Notes under the pieces: model-generated | Told to the model about the DNA's origin: nothing | What the model saw: only the letters and a program-made list of their open reading frames with translations | Database searches by the model: none | Shown: piece after piece, positions 28,191-38,012 of the stretch | Layout: every line of letters begins with the position of its first letter | Position numbering within the stretch: position 1 is the first letter of the stretch | Source of the DNA: a virus | DNA: 64,000 nt | Virus record (IMG/VR): IMGVR_UViG_3300036770_003758 | Location: 38,211-102,210 of that record | Reading direction: 5' to 3' (one strand) | Program-made: the position numbers and the translations under genes

Positions 28191-29222
28191 TTACAGATAT
28201 TCGTATTCAGGATGATAGATACGTGCAATGTGTTCTATATCCTCTAGTGTAATATTGTTGTCAATAAACCATTGCACACGTTCAACAGAGTCGTACGCAA
28301 ATATTTCATCACACCAGATTCTTTTTTTCTTATCGGTGTGTTGGTAATACGATAACAACGAAGGCATTGTAACTTGTATATTACAGCACATGCTTTCGAT
28401 TTCAAACGAATCTATAGCTGCGCTGTAAAGTACAGCTCTTTCTGTATCAGTAAGCTTAAGATTGCTTACAGTGTGTATAAACTTCTTGACATTTTTAGCT
28501 TCTTTTTTTATTTCAGATACAGATTCTTCTGAAACACCATAGATTTGTGCAATAGAGTTTGCTGTACTATACAGCAATCTATGCGTAGGATCATTTTGCA
28601 CAATCATACGATCCGTGAAATCGTCTTGAATTTTCAAGATATCGTATTTCTCGTCTTTTTCCACTTTACCGTTAAAATCTATTGGCGCAAGCGCTATGCC
28701 GTCATTAGAAGCAGTTTTAGCTAGGATTTCTAACATCTTAGCTAAGTTTCCTTCTTCACTTTGCATAACTTCTATTTTCATCCTATGCTTAAATAAAAGT
28801 AAGATGTATATCTCACTTTTACTGTAGGTTTCTTCGATAAATTTAACTGCGTATGAACGTCTACGGATTAACCCGTAACACAGCACAATCCAAGTATGCC
28901 ATGCAGCAAACTTATTTATGCGTATGTCTTCTGATAATAAATCTAAGTTTTCTACAATACTTTCTACATCGTAATGTTTTTTTACACGATTGATTGCGAA
29001 TTGTTTAATACGCGTGTGTGGTCGTGCAAAACACATTATCGCTGTTTTATCGTCGTTAAACATGCCGACAACGTCATTACTCAACATAAGTGCAAGTTCT
29101 CTTTCGTTGAATAAAGGAAAGTACTGAAGCATGTTTTTACCTTCAATTCTCTCTTTGAAGTTTTGTTCGTCAATACCACAAGCATCAAAAATACCTCTAG
29201 CTTCGTGATTATATGGTTCCAT
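28191..29222 (-). CDS. Hypothetical protein
   Basis: 343-aa ORF. Confidence 0.75.
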   Translation of the reverse strand: MEPYNHEARGIFDACGIDEQNFKERIEGKNMLQYFPLFNERELALMLSNDVVGMFNDDKTAIMCFARPHTRIKQFAINRVKKHYDVESIVENLDLLSEDIRINKFAAWHTWIVLCYGLIRRRSYAVKFIEETYSKSEIYILLLFKHRMKIEVMQSEEGNLAKMLEILAKTASNDGIALAPIDFNGKVEKDEKYDILKIQDDFTDRMIVQNDPTHRLLYSTANSIAQIYGVSEESVSEIKKEAKNVKKFIHTVSNLKLTDTERAVLYSAAIDSFEIESMCCNIQVTMPSLLSYYQHTDKKKRIWCDEIFAYDSVERVQWFIDNNITLEDIEHIARIYHPEYEYL

Positions 29223-29245
29223 AATTATTTTATTCTAAGGTTAAG

Positions 29246-29274
29246 AAAAAGGGTAGCTATATTTCAAGCTACCC
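29246..29274 (-). terminator. Rho-independent terminator
   Basis: GGGTAGCT-TGAAATAT-AGCTACCC-TTTTT on the minus strand. Confidence 0.75.
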
Positions 29275-29302
29275 CTAAATACACTCAATTGTGAGAGACT
29301 TG

Positions 29303-30103
29303 TTACTTGATTCCTGTAAGCAGCGTAATCTCTGCTTCTTCAAGCTTTGCCGCATTCACAGAGTTGGTCAATACACTTGGCACAGTGTATGGATCTTCCA
29401 TGAGTGAAGTCAAAACTTCAAGTGAAGCGTCATTGCTGGCCATTTGCACAACTTGAGAAGGCAGTAAAATGTGAGCTTTGTCACCATTCTTCACTTTCTC
29501 AACGTACTGCTGGATGCTTTGGTTCTCGAGGCCATGAAGCTCAGATACGAGACGAATCTCAGTGTGCCTGTAATAAGGTGCACTGTTACCTTCCGGTGTC
29601 AGTACTTTTACAGGTTGCCTGCTTACAGGATTCAGAACAGGAGCCATGTTTACCCTGTACGGGTTTGGTGTGAAGCTCTCGATGACTACAATAGTAGTCT
29701 CGTCATTTTCTACGCCAAAGAACTCATCTGCAGAAAGAGCCTTGTCTACAACAGTGTAATCACCTTCGATGTTAGAATCTACAGAAGAGCCGTTGAGATT
29801 TTGGCTAACAAAGAAGATGTTTTTCCCGTCCCAGTTTGGGAACTTCTCGCGAATCACCTTCTCGTTTAAGGTAATGATTGCGGTGTTGGTAACCCAGGCA
29901 TTGATACCTAGAGCTACGCGGAGTAAAGAGTTTTGCGACGGTGCAGATGCTTTTGCGGGTGATTGCTGCACAATGGTGGCCCTGTAACCAGCTTTTCCTC
30001 CACGAGCGCGGTTGTCTTGGTAAAAAATAGCCCTGATATAGGGCTTAGTAGCTTTCCCAGTCTCAAGTAATTGATCGAGCTGAGTCTTTGCGGTTTGTGA
30101 CAT
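29303..30103 (-). CDS. Hypothetical protein
   Basis: 266-aa ORF. Confidence 0.8.
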   Translation of the reverse strand: MSQTAKTQLDQLLETGKATKPYIRAIFYQDNRARGGKAGYRATIVQQSPAKASAPSQNSLLRVALGINAWVTNTAIITLNEKVIREKFPNWDGKNIFFVSQNLNGSSVDSNIEGDYTVVDKALSADEFFGVENDETTIVVIESFTPNPYRVNMAPVLNPVSRQPVKVLTPEGNSAPYYRHTEIRLVSELHGLENQSIQQYVEKVKNGDKAHILLPSQVVQMASNDASLEVLTSLMEDPYTVPSVLTNSVNAAKLEEAEITLLTGIK

Positions 30104-30139
30104 GGTTTTAAATTAAACAGTGATTGAATAAATAAGAAA

Positions 30140-30478
30140 TTACTTCATGTTGATCTCAAAGTGAATGACGATTTTACCGTCAGATTCACTTACTGTAAAT
30201 GGCTTTACCTTGAACTTACTTTTTTTAGGAGTAAACGGCAATTCAAATACTTCTGTTACTGCAGTTTTCTCAGGTGGTTTTTCTTCCGATTTAGGAAAAA
30301 TAGTTTCTGTAATCCTTTTCTTAATCGTTGTAACTCGTGAGTTTACAGCGCCTTTTGTCCTTTTAAGCTTTAAGCAAGCTTTGTTTAAAAGAACTACGTG
30401 GCTTGATTCAGTTTGAATCAAACTTAGAAGATAGGCGTCTTCTTCTTCGCTCCATTTTGTGTTGTTTCTTTCGTTCAT
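30140..30478 (-). CDS. Myb/SANT-like HTH protein
   Basis: KWSEEEDAYLL...LKRTKGAVNSR. Confidence 0.65.
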   Translation of the reverse strand: MNERNNTKWSEEEDAYLLSLIQTESSHVVLLNKACLKLKRTKGAVNSRVTTIKKRITETIFPKSEEKPPEKTAVTEVFELPFTPKKSKFKVKPFTVSESDGKIVIHFEINMK

Positions 30479-30642
30479 TGTAAATTAATTTAGGTGAATA
30501 AATATTTTCAAAATGGTATTTATGTGTCAAAATCAAAAATGACACAGGCATCACTTCTTTAATCGTATCACGCGTTTGTGCGTGTACAGTTATAGAAATT
30601 AGCATGAATACAAACAGGATGATGTTTTTCATGATTACGCTT

Positions 30643-30906
30643 TTATGATTCAATAATTACATTCTCAACTAAGTAAGGGTTTGGAATATATGCCCATTTA
30701 GAGACATCTTTGATTTCAGAACCATACCAGTTAGAATCTTTGTGAGCTAACACAAAGCTACCTATTACACTTCCTGTGTTTTTACACACTGAGTAAAACT
30801 TACCGTTGCGATAAATACCTGCCCATTGAACACCATTTTTAGGTGTTATAAAGTTAATGGACATGTTTTCTTCTGGTTTTTTTTCTTTTACTGAAATAAA
30901 TTCCAT
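30643..30906 (-). CDS. DUF551-like protein
   Basis: MEFISVKEKKPE...VSKWAYIP. Confidence 0.55.
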   Translation of the reverse strand: MEFISVKEKKPEENMSINFITPKNGVQWAGIYRNGKFYSVCKNTGSVIGSFVLAHKDSNWYGSEIKDVSKWAYIPNPYLVENVIIES

Positions 30907-30933
30907 GATTTTGTATTTTATATTTGTTAGTAG

Positions 30934-31000
30934 TGGTCAAAACAGGAATCGAACCTGTATCTAGATGTTATCTAGGTTTTAGCCATTAAACTATTTGACC
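30934..31000 (-). tRNA. tRNA-like element with a shortened anticodon arm (pseudo-tRNA or tRNA mimic)
   Basis: Acceptor GGTCAAA/TTTGACC, D-arm GTTT-AATGGCTA-AAAC, T-arm ACAGG-TTCGATT-CCTGT; only 17 nt between the D and T arms. Confidence 0.65.
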
Positions 31001-31063
31001 ATAAAGGGACACTCGCTTAGGAAATAACACCTGCCTTAAATGTTATAAGCGGCGTCCCAGTTC

Positions 31064-31282
31064 TTAGAACCAACCTTTGTGTAACCTGTTTCTAGGCGTG
31101 AGCATTGGTTGTGTATACACACCTTCATTACCTTGTTTACGTAAGTATTTGACGTAAATGCGTTCTACACCGAACTCATCTACGACAATCTTAGTAATGA
31201 TTCCTTTTTCCCAGTGTTCTTTACTACATCCTTCGTAAGGAATGTAGTGCACTGCATCGTCGACTTGGTAGTTTGTTTTCAT
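31064..31282 (-). CDS. Hypothetical SH3-like small protein
   Basis: YQVDDAVHY...EKGIITK...IYVKY. Confidence 0.6.
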   Translation of the reverse strand: MKTNYQVDDAVHYIPYEGCSKEHWEKGIITKIVVDEFGVERIYVKYLRKQGNEGVYTQPMLTPRNRLHKGWF

Positions 31283-31533
31283 GACTTATTTTTTAACGCG
31301 TTATACGCTTGCATACACTGGTGCAGTGTATCGTATAGCTTAGGTTTACCATTAGGGTGCTTACTAAGTCTGTTGTAATACTTAATCTGCACACCTATTT
31401 GCTTTCCCTTGTTACTGATGCAGTCACAGTTACCAGAACACTGACATGCACCATCATCGTAGACACCACTGACAACCTGGTGTATACCAGGCATAATGGT
31501 TTTTCCACATATCGGTTTTGTATATGTTCCCAT
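31279..31533 (-). CDS. Hypothetical Cys-rich protein
   Basis: CQCSGNCDC motif. Confidence 0.6.
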   Translation of the reverse strand: MGTYTKPICGKTIMPGIHQVVSGVYDDGACQCSGNCDCISNKGKQIGVQIKYYNRLSKHPNGKPKLYDTLHQCMQAYNALKNKS

Positions 31534-31859
31534 TACAATTCTTTAGAATTTAAAAATTCTTTTGCAAGTGTTATGTCTTTTTCGTATGCAATTTTTTCTA
31601 CTTCAGTAAAGTTAACTTCCATAGATAAAATTTGTCTGTAGTAATGAACTGCCTCGTTTACTAATTCTTGCTCGTGTAAAAACTCTGCAAAAGCACGTAA
31701 ATTCATAGGATTTTTATGTGCTTTAATGGAGTTTAAAAAGAACTCAGTAGCTTTTCTAACTCTTTGTTCTTTTGGAACATCGAAGTTTATAAGTGAAAGT
31801 CTAGCTGCTACTAAATATTCAAAAGACAATTCAGCTAGCTTTTGCGCGATGTTTTCCAT
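31533..31859 (-). CDS. Hypothetical protein
   Basis: Coupled ORF. Confidence 0.65.
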   Translation of the reverse strand: MENIAQKLAELSFEYLVAARLSLINFDVPKEQRVRKATEFFLNSIKAHKNPMNLRAFAEFLHEQELVNEAVHYYRQILSMEVNFTEVEKIAYEKDITLAKEFLNSKEL

Positions 31860-31944
31860 TTTTGTTGTTTTAACTGTAATAAAAAAGCAACTCCCAACAT
31901 TTCTGTTAAGGAGTTGCCTAAGATAATCTCAAAAACCCTATTCT

Positions 31945-32142
31945 TTAAAGCAATCTTGTTTTTTCAATTACTATTGCTGATACAACTACACACGCTACTG
32001 TTTTCGCTACAGTGACTATCTCAAAGACTATTACATCAATAAAAGATAGTTGATTAGGATACCTTTGCATTAAAGATAACAGTAGCCAGATTACAATGTA
32101 AATGATTGTTCCGATAATAGCCGCACTAATTTTCTTTTTCAT
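31945..32142 (-). CDS. Two-TM membrane protein
   Basis: Two hydrophobic segments. Confidence 0.6.
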   Translation of the reverse strand: MKKKISAAIIGTIIYIVIWLLLSLMQRYPNQLSFIDVIVFEIVTVAKTVACVVVSAIVIEKTRLL

Positions 32143-32149
32143 AGTGCGC

Positions 32150-32263
32150 TTACTTGTACATTAAGTAGTTGCTAACTGCAACTACAAAGAAGATGATGGA
32201 TACCATTAACGTAGTAGCTAGTACCCAAAACAAAATTTTGTTACCCTCGTTGTTCTGTTTCAT
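32150..32263 (-). CDS. Single-TM micro-protein (37 aa)
   Basis: MKQNNEGNKILFWVLATTLMVSIIFFVVAVSNYLMYK. Confidence 0.55.
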   Translation of the reverse strand: MKQNNEGNKILFWVLATTLMVSIIFFVVAVSNYLMYK

Positions 32264-32580
32264 TAACCTACGATTTTACCGTAAACAATAGAATCATCCT
32301 CTTCACGGATGGCGAGAGTCTTGACCTCCCATTGCTGTGTAGAATTGTACGTATCGCTGAGTTCGCCAGTACTTTGGTTGTAGTACTTGTACTCACGATC
32401 AAGTACGCGTACAACCTGCATTGCAGTGTTGTACTTAGTGCTGGTAATCGTGTTGTTTACCACAACTTCATCGCTAGTGTTGAACGCATACTTTTTTAAG
32501 TTGCGGCATTTTTCACTTGTGAGAAAATTGTTAGTAAATACTACGATAATCGTCTTACGTTTGCGCAAATCAATACTCAT
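32263..32580 (-). CDS. Hypothetical protein
   Basis: 105-aa ORF. Confidence 0.7.
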   Translation of the reverse strand: MSIDLRKRKTIIVVFTNNFLTSEKCRNLKKYAFNTSDEVVVNNTITSTKYNTAMQVVRVLDREYKYYNQSTGELSDTYNSTQQWEVKTLAIREEDDSIVYGKIVG

Positions 32581-33085
32581 GGTTTAAATATTATAAATAG
32601 TTATGTAATACAAAATAAATCATTAGGTTACCAGAGCAGGATTCTGCTTATTTTATGTTTTCTGGGTCAATGGTTACACCCAATAAGGGCGTGGATGCTC
32701 TCTCTTATACATCACAACAGCGTTTTATACATCCATCGCTGTGTGATTTTGTTTGAGGCTATCTCACCTAGCTGGTGAATGATACTCACTACTTACTTGC
32801 TATTACAAGGCGTACCATGTACTCAAGTTTATTTCGTTGACCTCAAACGTAATAATGCTGTTGTTGGGAAACCAATTTTTAGTGCCCAACGCAAACAGCA
32901 AATCAGATGGGGCAAAAATCAAAGCGCACCGCAGTAAAACGGTGAAAAGCCCCAGTTAAGTACCTCTTAGTTTTTAATTTAGTCATCGCAGAAATAAGAG
33001 GAGTAGAATAACCTACGTTACCCTAAAAACTGCGCTTTTTTGTTGTAGTAGCTGAAAAGCCCTCAGCTTTACGGCTTTTTAGAAT

Positions 33086-33490
33086 TTAATCACGCTTGTC
33101 TACTACAACTGTTTCACGTTGTACTTGTTCTAAGTACTGTAATTCTTCACGCAACTCAGATAGCAAAGCGTTCCACTCTAAGTGAAACTCATATAAATCT
33201 GATACGTTTTCAATGTCGTGTGCAGAAATGCGATTAGCCTTTCTCAAGGCTTCGATTTCTGCAATTTCCTTTTTGATTTCAGTAATCCTACCGTTTATAT
33301 CAACAGGTAGGTTTCTGTCAGCTTCTAAACATTGCTGACAAACAATTTTGAGTTCTTCGTCGCACGTGCACGTTAAATTAGGGTTAACCTGATTTAACAT
33401 GTGCATGTCATTAGTTTCTTCGTAAGTCATGGATACTCTTGTATTATAAATTTTCCCAACTCTTACTAAATGTTTTAGCCTTCTCAGCAC
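33086..33490 (-). CDS. Hypothetical protein with CxC...CxxC and a coiled coil
   Basis: CTCDEELKIVCQQC; start probably MTYEET. Confidence 0.6.
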   Translation of the reverse strand: MLRRLKHLVRVGKIYNTRVSMTYEETNDMHMLNQVNPNLTCTCDEELKIVCQQCLEADRNLPVDINGRITEIKKEIAEIEALRKANRISAHDIENVSDLYEFHLEWNALLSELREELQYLEQVQRETVVVDKRD

Positions 33491-33710
33491 TTTGACAATA
33501 AGTAACTACTTTCTCAAAGTACTCTTTTTCAAATTCGTAAAAGTCCTTGTCTTTAAGCCTTTCGGCTTTGTATTCTTCCCACGATAAATCGCGGAAAGTA
33601 TCTCCAGTTCGCTTGAGGATTACCATGATGTTCATGGCAACTGTTTCGTGTTCTGAACTGCGAAAAATAGATGAATAAGGATACTTAGAAGTGAATTGTG
33701 ATGGTGTCAT
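33444..33710 (-). CDS. Hypothetical protein
   Basis: 88-aa ORF. Confidence 0.7.
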   Translation of the reverse strand: MTPSQFTSKYPYSSIFRSSEHETVAMNIMVILKRTGDTFRDLSWEEYKAERLKDKDFYEFEKEYFEKVVTYCQSAEKAKTFSKSWENL

Positions 33711-33825
33711 TTTTTAAAGTTTTAAAGTTTTTAAGTTTATAAAAAAGTAACTCCCAGCAGCCTGCTGAATACCTCCAACACTGAAGTTGTGTTGCCCTAT
33801 CCCTTTCGAGGAAGAGGTTTTGGAG

Positions 33826-34527
33826 TTACTTTGTAAGTGCTAAACGAAATCCACTGCCACCTGAAGAAAGAACAACAAGGCGAGACGCAATGCGGCAGTT
33901 TATGATATTGGCACTATAAGCACCACCACGTTCTGCCCGAAGAGGAGTTCCATCATATTCGTAATAACCTACTATGTCTTCGCACCATTCCCTTACATTA
34001 CCAGTCATATCGTAAAGCCCCAACTCATTGGGCTTCTTCTGCCCCACTGGATGCACTGTATTTCCAGAATTACCTTTATACCACGCAACTTCATGCAAGT
34101 TATTACTGCCTGCGTACCTGTATCCTTTGGTTTTTAAACCGCCACGGGCTGCAAACTCCCACTCTGCTTCCGTTGGCAAGCGATATTTCAGACCTGTTTT
34201 TTTGTTTATCTTAGCCAGAAACTTTTCAATCTTATAACAGTCTGCATATTGTACTGGACAATTGTCGCAGGTTCTCAAATACTTTGCTTTGTTTTTTATA
34301 ACTTCCCGCCACTGTTTCTGCGTAACCGGATACTTGCTAATATAGAAATCCGATACCGTTACTTGGTGTACAGGCTTTGTGTCCCTATCCCAATACACAA
34401 AACTTCTGTAATTACGTTCTCCTGGGAAAACGTTGATTCCCTGTTCTGAAGTGCGGCCCATCATTAATGTACCGCCTTTGACAAGAACCATGTTATTAAA
34501 AATTTCTTCTAAGATTTCTTCTAGCAT
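33826..34527 (-). CDS. Full-length FGE-sulfatase (SUMF1/C-type lectin fold) domain protein
   Basis: MVLVKGGTLMMG, YPVTQKQW, YRLPTEAEWEFAARGG, PNELGLYDMTGNVREW, RGG, GFRLA. Confidence 0.92.
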   Translation of the reverse strand: MLEEILEEIFNNMVLVKGGTLMMGRTSEQGINVFPGERNYRSFVYWDRDTKPVHQVTVSDFYISKYPVTQKQWREVIKNKAKYLRTCDNCPVQYADCYKIEKFLAKINKKTGLKYRLPTEAEWEFAARGGLKTKGYRYAGSNNLHEVAWYKGNSGNTVHPVGQKKPNELGLYDMTGNVREWCEDIVGYYEYDGTPLRAERGGAYSANIINCRIASRLVVLSSGGSGFRLALTK

Positions 34528-34706
34528 TTGTTTCTTGTTTTTTAAGGTTACAAAATAATTGCACTTAGCCTAACACTATAAGGATTTGGAACTTCGTCGA
34601 TATTACTATCTCCATCCACTGTTCTTATATATTACTTGTGTTCGGGTGGTAATGAACACAACTTTCCTGTGTTAGAACTAAGTACAATTTTTATTTCAGT
34701 TACGGA

Positions 34707-35273
34707 TTAACGATTGAACCACGGATGATACCACACCCGACATGCTGCTATTGGTGTACCCTGCTGAATCATCTTGGCATTAGGATGAATTTCATTTGCA
34801 GAGAAACCGGGATACGTTTTGTTTTGGTTTCCCAGCCAATTCATGTGATACATTTGCCAATCGTAATATTGGCGTACCGTTTCGCGAATGTGGTCGTGCA
34901 CTGTTTCGCGAAATTTGTGCAAATCCTGGCCAATAAATTTAATAGGTCCGGCGTAAAAACCGTCCCTCATGTGCGTTTTAAACCCGCCATTGTCTATTTC
35001 TTCTTGAAAAAGGAAATAGATTTTTTCTATTTCATCTTCCAAGTATTGCGGAATCGCTAACTCAAAATCTTCTGGGTTAGCCTCTAAGGCAAAAAACCAT
35101 CCATCAAGAATTTCTTGATGCTCTTTTGGTATGTCTTCGTAATAAGTAACACAGTTTCCGGCGCGGCGAGGGTCATTTAGCTTGATTTGAAATCCTGGTT
35201 CTTTTCCATTTTTGTACGTAAAAAAGCTCGCCCAAAACGATAGCTTATTTTGTCCTGAAATATCAAAAGCCAT
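34707..35273 (-). CDS. Hypothetical protein
   Basis: 188-aa ORF. Confidence 0.7.
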   Translation of the reverse strand: MAFDISGQNKLSFWASFFTYKNGKEPGFQIKLNDPRRAGNCVTYYEDIPKEHQEILDGWFFALEANPEDFELAIPQYLEDEIEKIYFLFQEEIDNGGFKTHMRDGFYAGPIKFIGQDLHKFRETVHDHIRETVRQYYDWQMYHMNWLGNQNKTYPGFSANEIHPNAKMIQQGTPIAACRVWYHPWFNR

Positions 35274-35773
35274 AATTCTTCGCCCATGCCCTTGGGTCTT
35301 TTTCCGGCTCCTGGCACGCCGTGGTTTTTGAAATTAATAAGGTTATCACGCTTACCTTTCGCGACAAGTTTTATATAAGCACTAATACTGTATCAAGTAC
35401 AGATATAAGCCATGCAAAAACTTGCAAAAACTTTCAAGGATTCTCACCTTAACTAAAATGTAGTATGTCAGCATCAATGACATCCATAGAGAACATGAGT
35501 ATTGTACTCTCTATTATACTACATTATAATTGCACACTTTATCTGGGAACTACGAGATGCTAAGTACATAGCGATCCATAGTGAGTGTGCATAAAACATA
35601 TCTACCAGTTTTCTCTAGATATGTTATAATATTAAAAACCAGGTGCGGTTACTACCGTATCTTATAGACCTTAGTAGCTAGGCTTTAGAGATGACAATTC
35701 TCTACCCTATCCTTTATTCGATGTACTACATAACTATAAAGGCAATAGTTATATAGCGCACCTGGTTTTTTTA

Positions 35774-36043
35774 TTAAGAAATAGCTATTTCTTTTGATTT
35801 GTAAATTTCATCATCAGGTGGTATAGATATTACTACTCTGACAAAATGATTTTCACACAACCCCCAAGCTACAACAGCTAGAGGTTCGTATTTTTCAGAT
35901 TCTTTGTATTCTATCGCAATTTGGTATCCAGATTGCCACGGTAAATTCCTTAATCCTTCTCGATACGGAGTTAAAAAGCTGTCAATTTCTTCTTGTGCTT
36001 TTTCACTGTACATTTCATACTGTATCTTAACAGTTTTTATCAT
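35774..36043 (-). CDS. Hypothetical protein
   Basis: 89-aa ORF. Confidence 0.6.
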   Translation of the reverse strand: MIKTVKIQYEMYSEKAQEEIDSFLTPYREGLRNLPWQSGYQIAIEYKESEKYEPLAVVAWGLCENHFVRVVISIPPDDEIYKSKEIAIS

Positions 36044-36154
36044 AACATTACCTCAACGATTTTAGAGGATTTATTTAAACCAGTACGTTACTCTGGTTTT
36101 AAGGTTTTTGAAAGTTGAGATAAGCAGTTTATAGAGGTGCTCAGCTCTCGTATC

Positions 36155-36514
36155 TTAAAACACTTGCTGTTCCCAGTAAGTGTTAGTATACTTGTCCCAG
36201 TGCATCAGTATTAAGGAAACAGGTTTTTGGTCGTATTCTGGCTTCATATACCAGTCCCATGACTTGAATGTATAACAGTCAACAAATGCAGCCAAAAATT
36301 CCGTAGTTGCTGGCGTTAAACCAGTAATTATTACCCGTACTTCTACAGGTACTTCAGAATTTTTTGCTAGTGTCAAAGCTTCTTGCCATTTTTTTGATTT
36401 TACAACTTTTTTGGTTGCAAAATCAAAGTCCAGGCAAAGAGCGCCATCATTGGCTGGTAAATTATGTCCTGGACGCCCTTCAAAAAGAGCATACGTTTTA
36501 ACTATTTTTTTCAT
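36155..36514 (-). CDS. Hypothetical protein, possible CARF/SAVED-like domain
   Basis: VRVIITGLTPA...LILMHWD...Y pattern. Confidence 0.4.
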   Translation of the reverse strand: MKKIVKTYALFEGRPGHNLPANDGALCLDFDFATKKVVKSKKWQEALTLAKNSEVPVEVRVIITGLTPATTEFLAAFVDCYTFKSWDWYMKPEYDQKPVSLILMHWDKYTNTYWEQQVF

Positions 36515-36591
36515 TGTTTTAAGGTTAAGAGATTAACAAAAAAGGTGACGCAGCTACATTACATAGACTGCGTCACTAAATCAAAGGATGT

Positions 36592-36786
36592 TTATTCTTT
36601 AATGTCCGTGAAGACTATTACGGGTGGAATCCACCCGAATATTATCAAGAGCATAATCATCCCGTTGCTCGTTGCGATTTCTCGCAACGATAATCCAGGA
36701 TTGAATATTAGCCCTAGTGTGGCGAAAAATAACCACGTTATAAGAAACGTGATTACCACGATGATCATAGTTTTAGTATTTTTCAT
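36592..36786 (-). CDS. Two-TM membrane protein
   Basis: Two hydrophobic segments, ending FGWIPPVIV. Confidence 0.65.
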   Translation of the reverse strand: MKNTKTMIIVVITFLITWLFFATLGLIFNPGLSLREIATSNGMIMLLIIFGWIPPVIVFTDIKE

Positions 36787-37673
36787 ACTAGTATATTATA
36801 TAGGTTAAAAAATTGTGTTTTACACCTAAAACTTTGATTATTCATACAATGTCTTCTATTTGAAGATTCTGTAGTTGTCTACAGTAGTAAACACTCGATA
36901 CTCGAGTGGTTTTTAATCAAAGAAACTGGTGCCCTCAACAACTTGGGAATTTATTGAGTTTTTTATTCTCTGCACTCAGTTGTAACCTATAGAATCTATC
37001 ACTGTTACAGAACCTACAACTCTACAGTTTTTTGTAACGAAGGTTCAATAGGTTGATTCTTTTAGATACCTTAGACCTGTAGCTACTCAGGAAAGGTTAC
37101 AACTGTAGTGCAAAAACTAATCAACCGCTGTGAGCTTTTTATCACAGATAATAGAGTATTACCTCTTAGCCACTAATTAACTTAAAAAAAGTTAAAAAGT
37201 GCAGTTGATTAGTTTGTTATGTAATAAGTGATAATCCTTAAAACATAACTGGCTGTGGTAGGTGAACAGCTTAAACACCAATAGATTTTACAGTTCTATT
37301 CAACTGGCTGCAACAGGCATCACAAAGCTAATATCAGATTATCCTGATATTGGTCAAGCTTTGTTTAGCCCCTCACCCGTTAGGGCATGTTGCAGCAATT
37401 TCTAGCTTAATCTACACTTATAGCCGACCAAAGCTATAAGCTGATTTAAAAAAGATTAAAATAGGTACATGTGGTAACGATACAATTTAGTACCGCTACC
37501 GGAATATTTAAAAGTGATAAAATTTGTCTTAAAACACTGGATTTGAGCCGCGAAAACTCAAATCACTTTGTAGTTGAAAGAGTTGTGATAAATGGTGTTG
37601 AGTGGTTAATACCCTCTACACACACTACACAACTCCTTCATTGTCAGGTTTTTGTAAAAAACCAACTAAGGAT

Positions 37674-38012
37674 CTACAAGAGATCCTTAGCGGTTATCTT
37701 CACTCTGGCTTGCGCTTCATCAGCGCGAAGCCACTCTGAGGTGGCACTGGCTTTACGCCAGTTACCACTGAAGAACATCTTGTTCCCACTCTTTGATGCA
37801 ACAATCTGATCCCCCATCTCTTCCAGATGGCGAATCGAGACCAGGTACAAAGATTTGTCGTCTTTGAGGACGACCGCACCCTGTTCGGGTGCAACCTTTA
37901 CAACCTCTAGCTTATTTGGGACGCTAGTGCCCATTGCTTCGTTTACGAAGTCAATTGCTCTCATGTCTTTAAGGTTTTGAGAGTACAGGGGCAATATCGC
38001 CCACAAGTACAA
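37674..38012 (-). CDS. Hypothetical protein, first gene of the accessory block
   Basis: Start probably MRAIDF. Confidence 0.65.
   Translation of the reverse strand: MYLWAILPLYSQNLKDMRAIDFVNEAMGTSVPNKLEVVKVAPEQGAVVLKDDKSLYLVSIRHLEEMGDQIVASKSGNKMFFSGNWRKASATSEWLRADEAQARVKITAKDLL

Noticed and set aside
24450-34527. Complete diversity-generating retroelement
   Set aside because: No reverse transcriptase and no TR/VR pair found in the window.
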